Source: Camelus ferus (lineage: Eukaryota). From it: a stretch of 64,000 nt of DNA. The stretch lies in contig NC_045696.1 in NCBI RefSeq assembly GCF_009834535.1, forward strand, positions 116,810,001-116,874,000, in the 5' to 3' direction. How positions within the stretch are numbered: position 1 is the first letter of the stretch; every line of letters begins with the position of its first letter. Below, piece after piece: positions 1 to 13,233 of the stretch. The position numbers and the translations under genes are program-made. The notes beneath the pieces are model-generated. The model saw only the letters and a program-made list of their open reading frames with translations, did no database searches and was not told the DNA's origin.

Positions 1-569
1 TATGAGGTCCTCCTGAGTGTTGGTCAAATGACAAAGCCACGTGGATGGTCCTGAGCTCAATCCTGTCGCCTATGCACAAACTTCTCCAAGTCTGTCATAC
101 AGTTCCTGGGTTAAGTATCAGTAAAGCGTTGGGAAAGATGATCTTTTCCTTTATCTGTTTCAGAGTTGAGTACAACCAGGCCAGAGGGAATTTCAGGATT
201 GGTGAATACACGTCAGTGTGATGAGGGTTGAGAATTTTACAGACTGGTGACTCCAACAGAAAGATAATTCTCCGTGGAACCCCGTTCTTGGAGAGCACTG
301 TGACTCTGTGACAGTGACAGGTGTCGGGAATGTGGGAAGTAAACAACCCCAAGAGAAGAGGAATTCAGGGAGTTACAAAGCCAATACTAAGCTCTGAGTT
401 AAGTAACTTTTAAATGAATTGGAGTGCTCTTTACAGCTAATTTCAACCACTGAAATAGTGTTGTATGAGGTTAAGAATGTTGAAAGTGTGATCATGATGA
501 TAATAAAAATTACAATAACACGCACTTTGCATATTTGCATATCATTCTTACTTTTCACTTCAGATCACA

Positions 570-1168
570 TTGGAAGGCAGAATTCTAAAATGACCCTCAC
601 CTCCATGGCCCTCACTGTCAGAGGACCTCTTCCCCTTGGGTAAGGGTGGAAACTGTAAGCATGGGAAGATACCAAGGCACGATCATGTTGATGATCTAAC
701 CAGCTAAAGGGGGTACCCTGCGTAGCCTGGGACCTGATGAGACAAGCCCTTTAAAGCAGAGTTTTCTTCATCTAGTGTTAAGGGACTGGAAGGCAGGGAG
801 GCGTGCTCTTGCCGCCCTGGAAGAAAGCAACTGCCATGTTATGGGAAGGGCCACATTGTGGGGATGGAGGGCAGCCTCTAATTGCTGAGAGCGACCCCTC
901 GTTTACATCTAGCTAGAAGTGGAAACCGCAGTCCCACAACCATAAAGAAATGAAATTTGTTCAACAGCTGCATGAGAGAACCTGAGTTTCGGAAAGGGAC
1001 ACAGTGTAGAGGACACCTTGATTTCAACCTTGTGGGGCCGTGGGCAGAGAATTCAGCTGAGCTAGACGTGGACTTCTGACTCAGACGAACTATGAGATAA
1101 TAAATGTGTGTTGTTTTAAGCTGCTACATGTGTGCTAATTTGCTATACAGCAATAAAAAACTACTGTA
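570..1168 (+). mobile_element. MaLR LTR (MLT1-like), degenerate
   Basis: Starts tggaaggcagaattctaaaatgacc. Ends with the typical MLT1 tail gagataataaatgtgtgttgttttaagctgct...gctatacagcaataaaaaacta. Confidence 0.75.
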
Positions 1169-1279
1169 ATATTTATTAAGTCATCTGGCCCTCAGGATAG
1201 CCTTGTGAGGTGAGATAATATAGGAATTACGACAAGGCGGGTGACTATTACGTTACTACAGATAACACATATATTCTTA

Positions 1280-1495
1280 GTATGATCTGAGTGCTGTTCT
1301 AGGACCTTTATAATCATAATCTCATAGACTTCCTACAACAGTGTTAAGAGGTAAGCAGATTTATTAGCCCCTCTTACAGGTGAGGAAACTGAGGCAGAAA
1401 AAAGCCAAGCGATTTGTGCAGGGTCACACAGATGACGAAACTGAAGCACAGGATTAGACTCGGATCCAAGTCTCTTAAGTTCCAGTTCCATGCTT
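1280..1495 (-). mobile_element. MIR SINE fragment
   Basis: MIR core motif ttacaggtgaggaaactgaggcag...gcgatttgtgcagggtcacacag. Confidence 0.75.
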
Positions 1496-2115
1496 TGGGT
1501 TTTGGTGCCTTAACAGAGATCAGTCACACCTCAGATCTGGAAGCAAATTCCAGGTCACTCGATAAGAAAACATTAATTAGACTATTGCAAATAATCTAAC
1601 TTATTAAAATGGCATTATTCAAAGTCATACTCTGTCAAAAAATAAAAGTACTACAATACTTCCACAATTATTAATATTGAGAATATGAAAGGATGAAGCT
1701 TGTCAATAAGCCACTCAAAGGATGCAAACAATCCCAAGGTGATTTCCACTGCAGACTAAAAATGCTACCACAGCAAAGGACCCATGCGTCCCTGAACCGT
1801 GGCCACCAAGAGGGAGCTGGGAGCTCTGGAGAACGCCCTGAAGTTACTACGGTTTCTCTTTAACCTTCTAAACCCATGCATTTGTGCATTAGCAGAGCAA
1901 CTGAACAGGTTAGACCACCAGCTGTTGAAATAAAGCAGAGATTGCAACCTTCTGGTTTTCAAAAGAAAGCTCAAGTTAGGAATTTAAGTTTCCATCTTCG
2001 GAATGAGAAATCCAAAGAGTTGTTTACCAAGCCCTTCAGTGAGCTTTGGTTCCTAAAACACAGGCTGAGAGAGTCTATAAAGTCATTATCAAATCGAAGG
2101 AATAAATTCCTTGGT

Positions 2116-2196
2116 CACTAGGTTCTATCACAAATTTTACAGAAAACCTACTGCCACTAGGTTCTATCACAAATTTTACAGAAAACCTACTGCCAC
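2116..2196. repeat. Perfect 39-bp tandem duplication
   Basis: cactaggttctatcacaaattttacagaaaacctactgc occurs at 2116-2154 and 2155-2193, followed by a further cac. Confidence 0.97.
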
Positions 2197-4879
2197 CACC
2201 CACATACCTAGGGCACTCTCCCGAACGGAGGAATGAATGACAGGATTGGTTTTTGGTTGACTGATACAGCAAACATTTTTAAAGCTATGTGGTTAATTAT
2301 GTGGTTGACTAAAGAATAAAACAGGGGTGCAGGCTGCTGAATAGAAAAGGTATTTTCTTGGATGAGCCATTACACAATATCAATTTAGAAACGTTTTAAA
2401 AAGGTAATCTGTCAGTTAATTGGATGAAAAGAAGATATGCTTATTTTAAGTTTAAAAAGAAGTACTGATAAGACTTTTACACACAAATAGTGTTAACACA
2501 AAAGAATAAAGGCTACTTTTAAAATTTATGGATACAAATGTTTTTGAAATAATTGAATATTTTCGGGGAAAAACTTAGATACACATATGTCATATTCCCA
2601 GATTTCTAGGACTGCAGTACATTATAAAGGCTGTAGGTTTATTGAGTGATGAGTATTATTTTTAGGTAGCTTATTTTTTAAAAAATTACTTTTGTCATAC
2701 ATATAAGAATAGACATAGTTCTGTTCTACTGTTTTGATTGATTTACAAAACATTTTCACGTTCACTAGTTTGTGTGGTTCCCATGGAAATGCTCTCGGGT
2801 GTACTATCACTGTCATTTTACTAATGACTCAGGAGACTTAAGGAAATTGTTTAAAGTCATGAAGACAGTAAGCAGGAGAGAAACAGGACGTCTTCTGACT
2901 CTCAATTGCATTTTCTTTCCATTATCTTAAAGCTTTACTGCGCTTTCAAATTATTTTAGAGGCAGTAACGATAGGTCGGCGCAGGGAAATGCATTTCCAA
3001 CGGGAGCCCTTAGATCAGTTCAGTATGAGCAGCTCACAGGTAAGGGGGTATTAAATCAGGGTCACAGAACTGAGTGTGGGGAGAAGAAGTGTCTTTGCTT
3101 CTGGACATACAAGGAGGAAGCATTTGTCCAGGGACAACGGAGACTTCCCTGAGAAGGATGTGATGGCCACGTAAGTATTCCCTTAAATGGAAGGCAGAGA
3201 TGGGTGGCACAAGTTCCTTCCGAGTGAGGGAAACAGAATAAAATTAGATTATGATGAGGGAGAAAAGAACCTTCCAGACCCGGGGTCCCTCGTAAGAGAA
3301 CCGTGGGGCCAAAGTGGAGGTTCACCACCAGTGGCTGCAGCCACCCTGCCCCCACACCCTGTGGCTGCCTCACTTCCCATGAAGTTTTACATCTTTGGTG
3401 AATTCAATCAGCTGCTCATTCAGGTGCTGTAGTGAGAACGTGGTCCCCTCCAGGCAATCCACAGCCTCCCTGAAAGGCGGCAGTGTGGTTTTCATTTTGA
3501 GACATCTAGAAAGCATAACGTTTTTCAACTTTATCTTGAAAAATACGTGAAAGTTCACTAACATTCAAATTTCTGTAATTTTTATTGTTAAATTCACTTA
3601 CTATCAACGTGCACAATGGTACGTCCATAAGTACACATACACACACAGTTTGAATCAGGAAAAATATTCTCCACACTGTAACGAATTAGTTTGTAAGAAT
3701 TTAACACCTGGAAACATTAATGCCTCACGTATGTGTATATGCGTAAGCGGTCTCTCGTGGCACACAGTGCTGGTATCGTGTGAAATGAGTAAACAAGCAG
3801 GGCAGCAGAGAACTACCATCCATACTCTCTGTGGTTTACAGAATTTTTTAAAGATGGATCAGAATATACCCCACCAACTTGAGGCAGAATATAATTGAGT
3901 TACCTGATGATTCAGATGACACTGAATTCTTCCACAGGATCATCAGTCTCCCTTGCGGTATTTAGGTTTTACATAAGCAAGATTAAAATAAAGACAAATC
4001 ATAGAGAACTGTACATGTTCTGTTCTCGTATTGTTAAGACCTCCAAAAACAAGTGTTTCATTTTCCTCCCTCACTGGATGGTTGTATCTGAGAACTAAAG
4101 AGCAAGATTAAGTCCAGTTTTTCCAGTTCGATTTCCTCGAGAACTTATGTAATTAGAAAGTACCAAAAAGAGGTTAATCTTGATATGGCAGAAGTTAGTA
4201 GATTTCTTTTCTTTATCAGCATGCATGCCAGATGGGTAATAATTTTGAAATAATATTGGCTTACTCGTTAAGAGGTAAATTAAAATATAATGGTGTGCAT
4301 GAGAGCATACGCACCAAATGCAAATCATTAATATCTTCATTTAGCCATTTCTTTAAAAATTAATGGATGTAGTACAGCGTGGGTGGAGGGATATTCAACT
4401 TAACAAGCTGCCGACAAATATTCTAAAGATACCCTGTCTTTTTCCATTGCTTATGAGACACTCCTCTGAACACAGTTGGATGCCACAGCAAATTGGAGGT
4501 TGCAAGATGTGGGAAGAATGAATAACTGGGAGTTAATTAATGAAGAGGCTTGAGGGTCTAACAATCCTCAGAATGACTGTAATTGATGCCTAATATGACA
4601 AGATTTTTTATACCACTCAATCCTTGCTCATCTTGTCAGCATTTGTCCCTCTTGCTTACCTTAAACGACAGATATATGGAAAAGAAAGGGCGGCAGATGC
4701 AGTGAGAAGCAGTATTTAAGAGCAAATTGCCTGTAGAAGAAAACAAGGCTGAAAGAAGGCACCTGCGTGGGACAAGGGGTGGTTGATGTCGTCACTGGTC
4801 TCTGTTTTGTACCTGAGTGATGGTGGACTCTGACATCAGTTTTGAGCCCCAACGTCAACATCAGAGGGACCCACCCAGA

Positions 4880-5260
4880 AGGGAAGTCCTTCTAGCCTAA
4901 CACTTCTCTGAATGCAGGAACCATCCACGTCATGCCTCCTAAGGATGGGCTCAACCAGGCACTGAATGCTTCCAGCAATGGTGAGCCCTCTGCCTTTTGA
5001 GAGCACTGTCTCAGTTTGACGCGTCCTTGACTAGGTAGTTCCTACTTTCCTCAAATAGATGTTTTCCTCCTTCTAATTACCTCTCCTTGGTTCCAATTTT
5101 GTCCTTAGCAGCAATACAGAATATATTCACCTTTCTGACCCAAAAGCCCTTCTTACAAATATTGGAGATCAGTCATCAAGTGCCCAAGTCTGTCCATCTT
5201 CATTTCTTTCAACTGTCTCTTACTGGTATGGCTTCCTTTCCCAATCCTGACCCTCTTCCC
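4880..5260. mobile_element. Ancient CR1/L3-like LINE fragment
   Basis: Resembles recalled L3 text (actgaatgcttccagcaatggtgagccctctgcc...gcccttcttacaaatattggagatc); highly diverged. Confidence 0.45.
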
Positions 5261-5309
5261 CAGTTTGGTGGGTTTCACAGCAAAGTCTCCTCAAAGATAG
5301 GGTTTGGGC

Positions 5310-5392
5310 TCTTTCTTTCTTCCCTTTCTTTTTCTTCTCTTCCTTCCTTCCTTTTTCCCTCCCTCCCTCTCTCTTTCTTTCCTTCCTCTTTT
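5310..5392. repeat. Polypyrimidine (CT-rich) low-complexity tract
   Basis: About 80 nt consisting of C and T only. Confidence 0.9.
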
Positions 5393-5531
5393 CAGGCTGA
5401 ACTTTGATTCATTTTACATAGAGAGCTGCCCCATCAACTTTCATTTTGGAAAGAAATTTTCAAGTCTTTAACACAATAAAGAAAAGAAAACCACTCATGT
5501 AGTTGATTACTGTCCTTTTGGAAGTAAGGTA

Positions 5532-5730
5532 CTGAAAAGACAGCAGAATAGGCCATCCCCAAATATGCCACTTTGGCATAACAACTGTTTTGAGCTGAAG
5601 GCAACTGAGAAGGAACAAAACCCAGAAAAGCTCCCTGCCCTCCTCCTATTTGCCTAAAAGTAGGACATAAATTCTCAAGAGTGTCCCTCCTCCCTTCTCT
5701 GCCAGGAAAGACAGAAGTCAATCCCCGGTA
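5532..5730 (+). mobile_element. 5' fragment of an ERV1-type LTR (MER34/MER39-like)
   Basis: cagaataggccatccccaaatatgccactttggcataac...ttttgagctgaaggcaactgagaag resembles the MER34-group 5' end. It is truncated against an L1-like fragment at about 5770-5890. Confidence 0.6.
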
Positions 5731-6994
5731 GCCTGTCAGGTGCGGAAGACAGTAGCAAATAGGTGCACCCACCAGCAGTGCTCAGAATTCTCATTCATGC
5801 ACAGTCTCACCAACACTTGATGTTACCCTACTTAAAACATTCTGCCAATCGGATGGTAGTATAATGATTCCAGTAATACATTTAGAATGGATTTTTCCTT
5901 TAGTAATGCAGCCTTAATAAATTGTTGGGGAATCTTAAAAAAAAAATGCTCTTGCATTACTATTAGTTGAAATAAACTTTTAACTTAAATTCTCCAGTAT
6001 TGGTTTTTGTATGGACTGCTTCCAATTGACTGCTTCTGTTTCTTTTTGGAAGACCTCCAGCATAGCTATACTGTTCAGCTTTGCAACGTCCTTAAGTACT
6101 ATGAAAATGTCGCAGTTGAGGACCTGCTGTGCAGGGTCCTTGGCACCCAGAGACCGACAAGGCACCCAAGAGAAGGATGCCCCTGACGGCGACTGTGACT
6201 CTCATTTTATCATCTGATGTCATTCTGCCTGTCGGTGCACGAGTAAGCCCCGTCTGTGAGGATGCTGGTAGGCCCCAGGAGACAGCACACGTGCCCAGCA
6301 GACCTTTGTGAGAACCCCCACCTACTGTCTATGGTCAACTGTTTTCATTCTACTGACTTGGAACATGGCTTTCACTTTACTGTCATAAGGTTATTGTATC
6401 AAAAAACCTCCACATAACATGCACACTGGTATGTGTAAAAACTACCAATTTGGGTTCCCTATAAATTACTCTCTTTTTCAGGTGCTTTGTAACTCTAAAT
6501 TAGATATTGAACTTTGGAATTAGTGGATCATTTTTTATAAAATAATTTAATGATGAAACATAAACCTACTAGAAAACCATGATTCAAGCATACACTGCTT
6601 AATTATAGAAGGTCCTTTGGAGTACTTACTCAGTTTATAGTTACAGTTATCAAGTGGTAACATTTCCAAATTTAACTGCAAGAGAAAATATAAGGACTAT
6701 CATATCTATAATACCCAGTCGTGAAATTAAAAAAACTAATAATTAAAGTCTATTAATTTCATATGAAATATTAGTTATCCAAGTAACAAAACTTCGAATT
6801 AATAAAGACTAAGATAGATAATAAAAAGTGTGTCGATATCAAGGTTTACTGTTTGCTCCAATGTGAAATTCAACATATACATCCTCATTAGAAACATTTT
6901 AAATCATAAGAGCTTTACTAGTTACGTAAGTGTTTACATTTTAATAGGACTTTCATGTCCATTTTCATATTTGAGGAAAGTAATATCCTTAGGA

Positions 6995-7380
6995 TCGGTG
7001 ATAGTTCGGGTGCTATTTACCAGATCTTTCTGGGTCTCTGCCTCCTGGTATGATCCCACTTGCCACCACTTGAAGAGCTGAAGCACGTCTCTGTGACTTG
7101 CTCTGGCTAACACTGTGAGATGGGGAGGAGCCTGAAACACTGATGGGCAAACCGTGGACAGCTGTGTGCAGCTCCTCACCGCTTCCTCTCCCTGCCCTGA
7201 GGGTGTGGTGAGGTGGCACGTCAGCCTGGGTTTCTGAGGGACCGCAGTGGGCAGGGCTCACAGCTGACCCACACTGGGTGCACGGCCTGAGGGCGACACG
7301 AACCTTCGCGTCCCATCCCACCGCGAGTCTGAGGTGGCCCGTGACCACAGCAAACCCCAGCCCATCCTGACGGACATCCC
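6995..7380 (+). mobile_element. MaLR LTR (MLT1I/J-like), unusually GC-rich copy
   Basis: The reverse strand reads gtcaggatgggctggggtttgctgtggtcac...acccaggctgac...ttagccagagcaagtcaca, collinear with the recalled MLT1I/J consensus. Confidence 0.6.
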
Positions 7381-7653
7381 TTGAGGGCTCCAGAGAACTT
7401 GAGTGGCTCACAGGGAGAAGCTGGAGCCAGGCTCCCGGCTTGCGAACCACTGTGCACTGAGCAGGCATTAGCTGCCTTTCCTGTTATTTCCAGTCGTGCT
7501 GCTACCATCTACAGGCTTCGAAACTGGGAAACAGGGACCGTGAGTGAGTCACCCCAGGCTGCCTAACCTATTCATCCTACTACCTTTATTGTTACTTTAT
7601 AGACATGATACACATAATACAGTGGTGCTAAAATGACAGTAAAATACCAATAA

Positions 7654-7817
7654 CACTGCACAGCACAAGGAAATACATACAAGATCTTATAGTAGCTCAT
7701 GGTGAAAAAGAATATGAAAATGAGTAAGTGTATATTCATGTATGACTGAAAAATTGTGCTGTACACCAGAAACGGACACAACATTGTCAACTGACTATAA
7801 TTCAATAAAATTAAAAA
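7654..7817 (+). mobile_element. L1 3' tail (lineage-specific family), 5'-truncated
   Basis: Same 3' UTR as the L1 at 44630-44798, with an A-rich tail. Flanking duplication accaataa at 7646-7653 and 7818-7825. Confidence 0.85.
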
Positions 7818-7839
7818 ACCAATAATGAAAATATTATCA

Positions 7840-8060
7840 GGTAACATTTATTAAAGCCTTGCTACTTTAACGTGATAGAGATTAAGTACTGTGCATATAT
7901 TTGCTATTTTGATCCCTACGTGGTCACTGTGAAGTGGCTTCTACATTCACGTAGTGACAGGTAACAGACTCAGAATTAACTTGCCCCAGGTTAGCCAACT
8001 AGAAGTGAGAAGCAGGAATTCACACTTCGAGTCTGTCCGGATGCTACCCCCACAACACTT
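7840..8060 (-). mobile_element. MIR SINE fragment
   Basis: ttaacttgccccaggttagccaactagaagtg...caggaattcacac resembles the MIR core. Confidence 0.55.
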
Positions 8061-8219
8061 TTTATGATAATTCTTCCTCTCCTTCCAGCCTAGAAGAGGG
8101 ATTCTTCTGGTGATGTCTATAAACTGAGTTTTGAAATTTAAGTAATTTTTAGAGTCACAAAAAGATATAGCATTTTGACTACAGGCTGCCATATACAGAA
8201 GTTGTTCGACATATTTCAG

Positions 8220-9245
8220 AAATGTTTTATTTCAAGAATTACACGTATACTGTGAAACACACTGGTCTTAAATGGCGGGCTTGATGAATTTTCCCAAAGC
8301 TGACCATTTTTGTCACCACCGTGGATACAGATACAATATTGCTTGGGAGACAGAACATTAGAAGCCTTCATGATGCTGTCCTGTCATTAACACCCCCACC
8401 CAAAGTCACTGTTGTCCCAGTCATCATAGAGTAATTCTGCTTAATTAGTTGGGAACTCTGTGTAAATGGAATCATACAGTGTGCATTCTGGTGTATGAAT
8501 TCCTCCACCAGATATTGCTTATGTGATTTTCATCAATTTGGTATCATGATACCATGTTTGCTCTTTTTAATTACTGTATAGTATTTTATTGTATAACGAT
8601 ACAGAAATTGACTTCTTATTTTTATTATTGCTGAAAATTTGATTTGGGTTGTTTCTAATTTCGCCTATTACAGTTAATGCTCTTAGAAATAACTATCTAT
8701 GCGCACACACACACACACACACGATACCTGTACCTCTCCCTGTATAGGTTTAGGTATGTCTGTTGATTCTATGAGTCAAATTGCTGGGTCATAAAGTAAT
8801 TCTATATTTTACGTTAGTAGCCGCTGGCAGGGAGTTTAACAAGAGACACTGAACTAAATTACATTTCTACACACAGTGTATGATACTTCAGGTTGTTCCA
8901 TATCTTCCTGCAAACTTGGGAACTTCAGTTATGTTCTGTTTAAGTAATTTATGTCTGTACCAAGGTAACTAGGATATTGTACTCTGATGTCTTCCAGGAG
9001 TTTTATTTTTTAACTTTCACATTTTGTCCACAGTCCATCTGCAATCAATTTTGTGTATCATATGATACAGGAGCCAGGATTTACATTTTACCAGTGGATA
9101 TCCAGTTAAGTCAGCACCATTTCAGAAAACATTATTATTTGCCCAAAGCATTTCAGTCACACTTTCGTCATAAATCAGGTGATCATCTATGTGTAGATCT
9201 GTTTCTGATCTCTGAATTTTGTTCCAATGGCTTGCCTATCTGTTA
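8220..9245 (-). mobile_element. Old L1 (L1M-type) 3' region, degenerate; contains a (CA)n repeat at about 8703-8722
   Basis: L1 antisense motifs: aaatggaatcatacagtgtg, tttgggttgtttctaatttc, aaattgctgggtcata, ggatatccagttaagtcagcaccat. Confidence 0.7.
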
Positions 9246-10376
9246 CGTATTAGCTTTTCCAGGACAGCCAGAAACAGAGGTGTCCAAGCTATACTAAGGA
9301 CTTGCAACAGCATTCAAAATGTGACTAATATAGTTGGTTTTTAAAGCATAAGTTCATTAGTCACAAAGCTGAAGTGTTACACTAAAAAAAAAAAAAACAA
9401 AAACTAAATGGATTTTTTAAATTAGAAATATTTAAATTAGAAATATTGAATCTGAAGTATTTAAAATAATGGAACCATGCTTGATTATGAGAAAAATAGA
9501 TTCTCACTTAAGCACATTATGATTTCAGTTATTTTTAGGAATGCCTTCAGTAGAAATCCCATTTGTGTAATGCCGGAATTGCATTTCTACTTGTGGTTTC
9601 TATAATTCAGCTTATTTTTAGTCATCGTGAAAAGTAAAATCACAAAAAGATCAATAACACCAAGCCAGTCCCATCTGCTTTCAGTAACGTGTGAACAGGC
9701 CCTGGCGAAAATGCCAAAGTTGGGGCACAGAGTAGTCATCTGCTCTAGTCCTATTACGTTCCAGGTCACTGAAGTCAAAGGGAAAGTTGGAAAGGAATAC
9801 ATGTCTGTTTTATTAATTCTCCCTCTGGGCTGTCTGACTAGAGAAAGCAGCCCAACGACAGGTGAAGTCACTATCACCAGGCCTTTAAGGGCCAAGAATG
9901 CATCACGGTCGCTTGATCACCAAAGCCAAGAAAGGAAACACAAGGCAAAGAGAATTAAAAATCCCCATAATCATACTGGAACCCAACAAGACGGAGCAGC
10001 ACTGGAGTGGAGCAGGACGGATTCCAGAGCCAGTTAATGCCGTGACACACCTGGATTATAACCCAAAGTCACGGCAGAAGATGAGCTCCAAGGGGGTAGT
10101 CTATGGTTTGGAAATGCACAGTGGGGCTGCCACTCAGAGCTGAAGCCTTAAAAGAAGTGGGGTCTCCAGTTATTTTATCTGTTCATATTTCACATTGAAA
10201 AATTTTTTTTAACGTGCTTATGAAGTATATCCTTTAAAATTATTGTGTGGTATCTCTGGAGAGAAGGGAAGAAACTGCTCCTGTATCTGTTTCTATAGTT
10301 AAAACAGTGTCGAGCGTTTCTCTGTGATATTCCAGAGAGAACAAAAACATAAATCTCAAAACCCACCAGCCCCGTG

Positions 10377-10440
10377 TTTTCCTACTTATTACATTTTCTA
10401 CTTATTTTAATTACTTATTTCTACTAATTTTCTACTTATG
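10377..10440. repeat. Degenerate tandem repeat of a tttctacttat-like unit
   Basis: About five imperfect copies of (t)ttctactta/ttctactaa. Confidence 0.6.
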
Positions 10441-11509
10441 GGGCAGTGGTTGTTAGTGTAAAATTAAACAGAATTTTACAAAAACACATCCATTTCTTAA
10501 AAATAATCTAGTCCTCAAATTAACCTTTATTATACTGAGATGGTTTTACTGCTGTTTTTTTTCCTAGCAATGTTGACAAAACCACGTGTCTTTATTGGGG
10601 CTAGAGTAAGGGGCTACAGAATTCAGGTTACTCAGGACTGAACACCGCCACAAACTGTAAGGCTAAGGTTTTACTCTAAGACATTGTTTTCTGAGACATC
10701 ACTCAACCGAGTAATGCAAATGTGGTATTTGGCTGTCACTAGTATGCTACTTGACTTTGAGTGGTTTGATGAATTCTATTACCCAAGCTAATGCTCCTTG
10801 CTTATTTAGCATCTGAACGTCCATCAGAACTGCTGCTATTCTGAACACATATTTAAACAGGAGCAGGAACATATCCTTTGCTAGTAGGGAGATTCAAACG
10901 TAACCGGCTTTCAGCTTGCTTCCAGACTGTTACTGGCCATGCGTTCTGTATCCTTCAATTGTTATCAGACTTCTCATGTTTTTGGTCAGCTCAGATTTTC
11001 AATCTGTTATAAAAATTCATCTCCTGATGATAAGAATTCATTTGGATTATATTAATAGAGATGTCTAAGACAGGGGCTGATATGACCAAATCTCACTCTC
11101 CTTAGCTGTTCACTATTCTTCCTCCTACTTTTCTTAATGTGGTACCTTTAATGAGCATGTAAATTATCACCTTTGCTTATCAATAGGCCTCCCCACTTGG
11201 GAAGAACTGACTTGGTGTTTTGTAATACACAGGATTTGAAATGCATTCAAAACATGCAACAGCAAAATTCTCTTTAATAAATGACTGTAAAGAAATAGCA
11301 TATTTATTTATTTTGCAGGTAGAAGATTTGCATATTATTTTGATATTAAGATCTGAACTCAGGAAGTAAGGAGTCATTCATATAGAGCCAAAATTACATC
11401 CAAAAGGTGAGACACCCATATAGTATGTCATTGCCTCTAATATTAAAAATAGTACATTGCTTTTCTTCTTTCTTCCCCTAATCTAAAAGCCCTGCAATGC
11501 AACTCTAGG

Positions 11510-11962
11510 ATATAATGCAAAATACTGCCATTCACTAAAATTCTTATTTCCCTTTTTCCAGACTAATACAAATTGTAGCTGGAAAACATGCCCAGGCCCC
11601 TTGGCAACTGGAGTGGTCATGTGGCTCTGCTCTTGCAAATGGCATGGCTGTGTGCAAATTTTATACTTTGTCCATAAAATTGTGTACATTAGCTTTTTCA
11701 TGCTCTTGGCTTTTCTGTTTTTCTGGCAGAGTAAAGAATGAAGGGACCTTAGAAGCCACTTACTAAAGATGGTAGAGCCACAACTTGTCTCGGTCCTTAA
11801 ATGGCTATGTAAGAGAACCACTCCCCCAACGCCCCTCTGCTGGCCTTCAATACGCTCAGCTCAGCAGGATATTAGGGGAGACATTGCATTTCTACAACCC
11901 ATAAGCCACTGAGTTATCGTTGCAGCTCTCGTTATAGTATCTTGTTAAATCTAACTAATACA
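11510..11962 (+). mobile_element. MaLR LTR (MLT1J-like)
   Basis: cccaggccccttggcaactggagtggtcatgtggct...taagccactgag...ctaactaataca terminus. Confidence 0.65.
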
Positions 11963-12273
11963 CAAAGCACAGCCCACAGCTCTCTCCTTCCATTACCTTA
12001 GTAACTTAACAGTTCCCAGCCCCAAGAAATAGTGCTTTGGTGGCTGGTCTTGACAGTTCAATCAAAATATGACCCTTTATCATTATGGGCAAAGACTCAC
12101 CCAGTTCTCCAGCCTCTACTAATGATGGCAGTACTCCTAAGAGAGTTTTTCTTTTGCAATCCCTAGCCAAAGGATGGTCAGCCTCATCTCAACACCGACC
12201 CTTCCTGCGGCTGCTGGGTGTGCTTGCTTTACTGCCAGGGCATTAATGTGATCCACTGAGGCCACCCCTGCTG

Positions 12274-12410
12274 GGGATGGTTGCCAGCTTTAGCAAATTA
12301 AATACAGGACAGCCAGTTACCTTTGGGTTTCAGATAAAGAATAAAAAACCCTTTAGTATAAGCATGCCCCATAAATAGAAGAAGTTATTTTATTGCTACA
12401 ACCATCCTTA
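12274..12410 (+). mobile_element. MER53-like hAT DNA transposon fragment
   Basis: ggttgccagctttagcaaattaaatacaggacagccagtta...tttcagataaa matches the recalled MER53 start. Confidence 0.65.
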
Positions 12411-13233
12411 GACTATCAAGTTCCCAGGAGACATCCAGAGAGCTTGGAAAGAGATCTGGTCAGAAGGCGGCTAACGAGCATCATTTGACAAACAAGTTAC
12501 AGGCGACTGGAAGACTCTTCTGAGGACTTGTTACAATCAATAAATAAAACAATAAAACATAAAAATATTTATCTTAATTAAATCTATCGTTCAAAATGTT
12601 TACTCCTCATTTCCCTTTGCATTTCCTTTCTTTCGAAAGTGATTTAACCTCCTTGAGGTTCAGTTTCTTTATCTACAGCCTGGATAAGTATTACTATCAA
12701 AATTTTGTTTTTAATTATATCCTAGTATGTAAGGCCAGCCTTTAAGATATCATGAGACAGGAAAAACAGGAAGTAGCTCTTTGCAACTTCAGTCTTCTTA
12801 AAGGGTTGTTCGAAGTTTCAAAGGGGGATAATGGAAATAACTATGCTTTAAATATTCTAATATTTGCTGCAGAAATGAAGTACCAGCAATTTAAAAAATC
12901 ACAATTCTCTTTCTTTTTTCTTAGTGAGACCATCTGTTTTATGCAGACTAATATGGGGGTCAGCCCAAGTGAATCGCAGCCTTCACTTGGCTTCTTTCCT
13001 ATCGTAGTCAATTTCCAGTCATGCTCACTTTCAAACGTTCCACATGAATTCACTGAACAGCTACGATACACCAAACACCAGGAATCTGGTGTCTTCACGC
13101 TCAACTCTGCTTCTAAGAGTAGGATCTTTACCCAGTGACCCTACTCCTGCTGGCTCTCTTCAAACACTGCATCCTCGCAGTAAATTTCATTTTGCTTGGA
13201 AAGCTAGGCTTAGGCAGACTTATGAATGGGTGG

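Noticed and set aside
1798..1820. CTCF-like tggccaccaagagggagctg (also tgccaccagggg at 37907-37918)
   Set aside because: The first has an extra base in the core and the second lacks the GGC end. Both are much weaker than the 31575 site.
2116..2196. CRISPR-like direct repeats
   Set aside because: Only two adjacent copies with no spacer, in mammalian DNA with no cas genes.
3374..3426. Possible 53-nt cryptic exon on the KCNH8 strand (cag...GAA/gtgagg)
   Set aside because: Weak pyrimidine tract, modest donor and no similarity to KCNH8 protein. Such pseudo-exons are common by chance.
9587..10143. Overlapping 80-136 aa ORFs
   Set aside because: No recognisable domain or convincing splice signals; within chance expectation for 64 kb.
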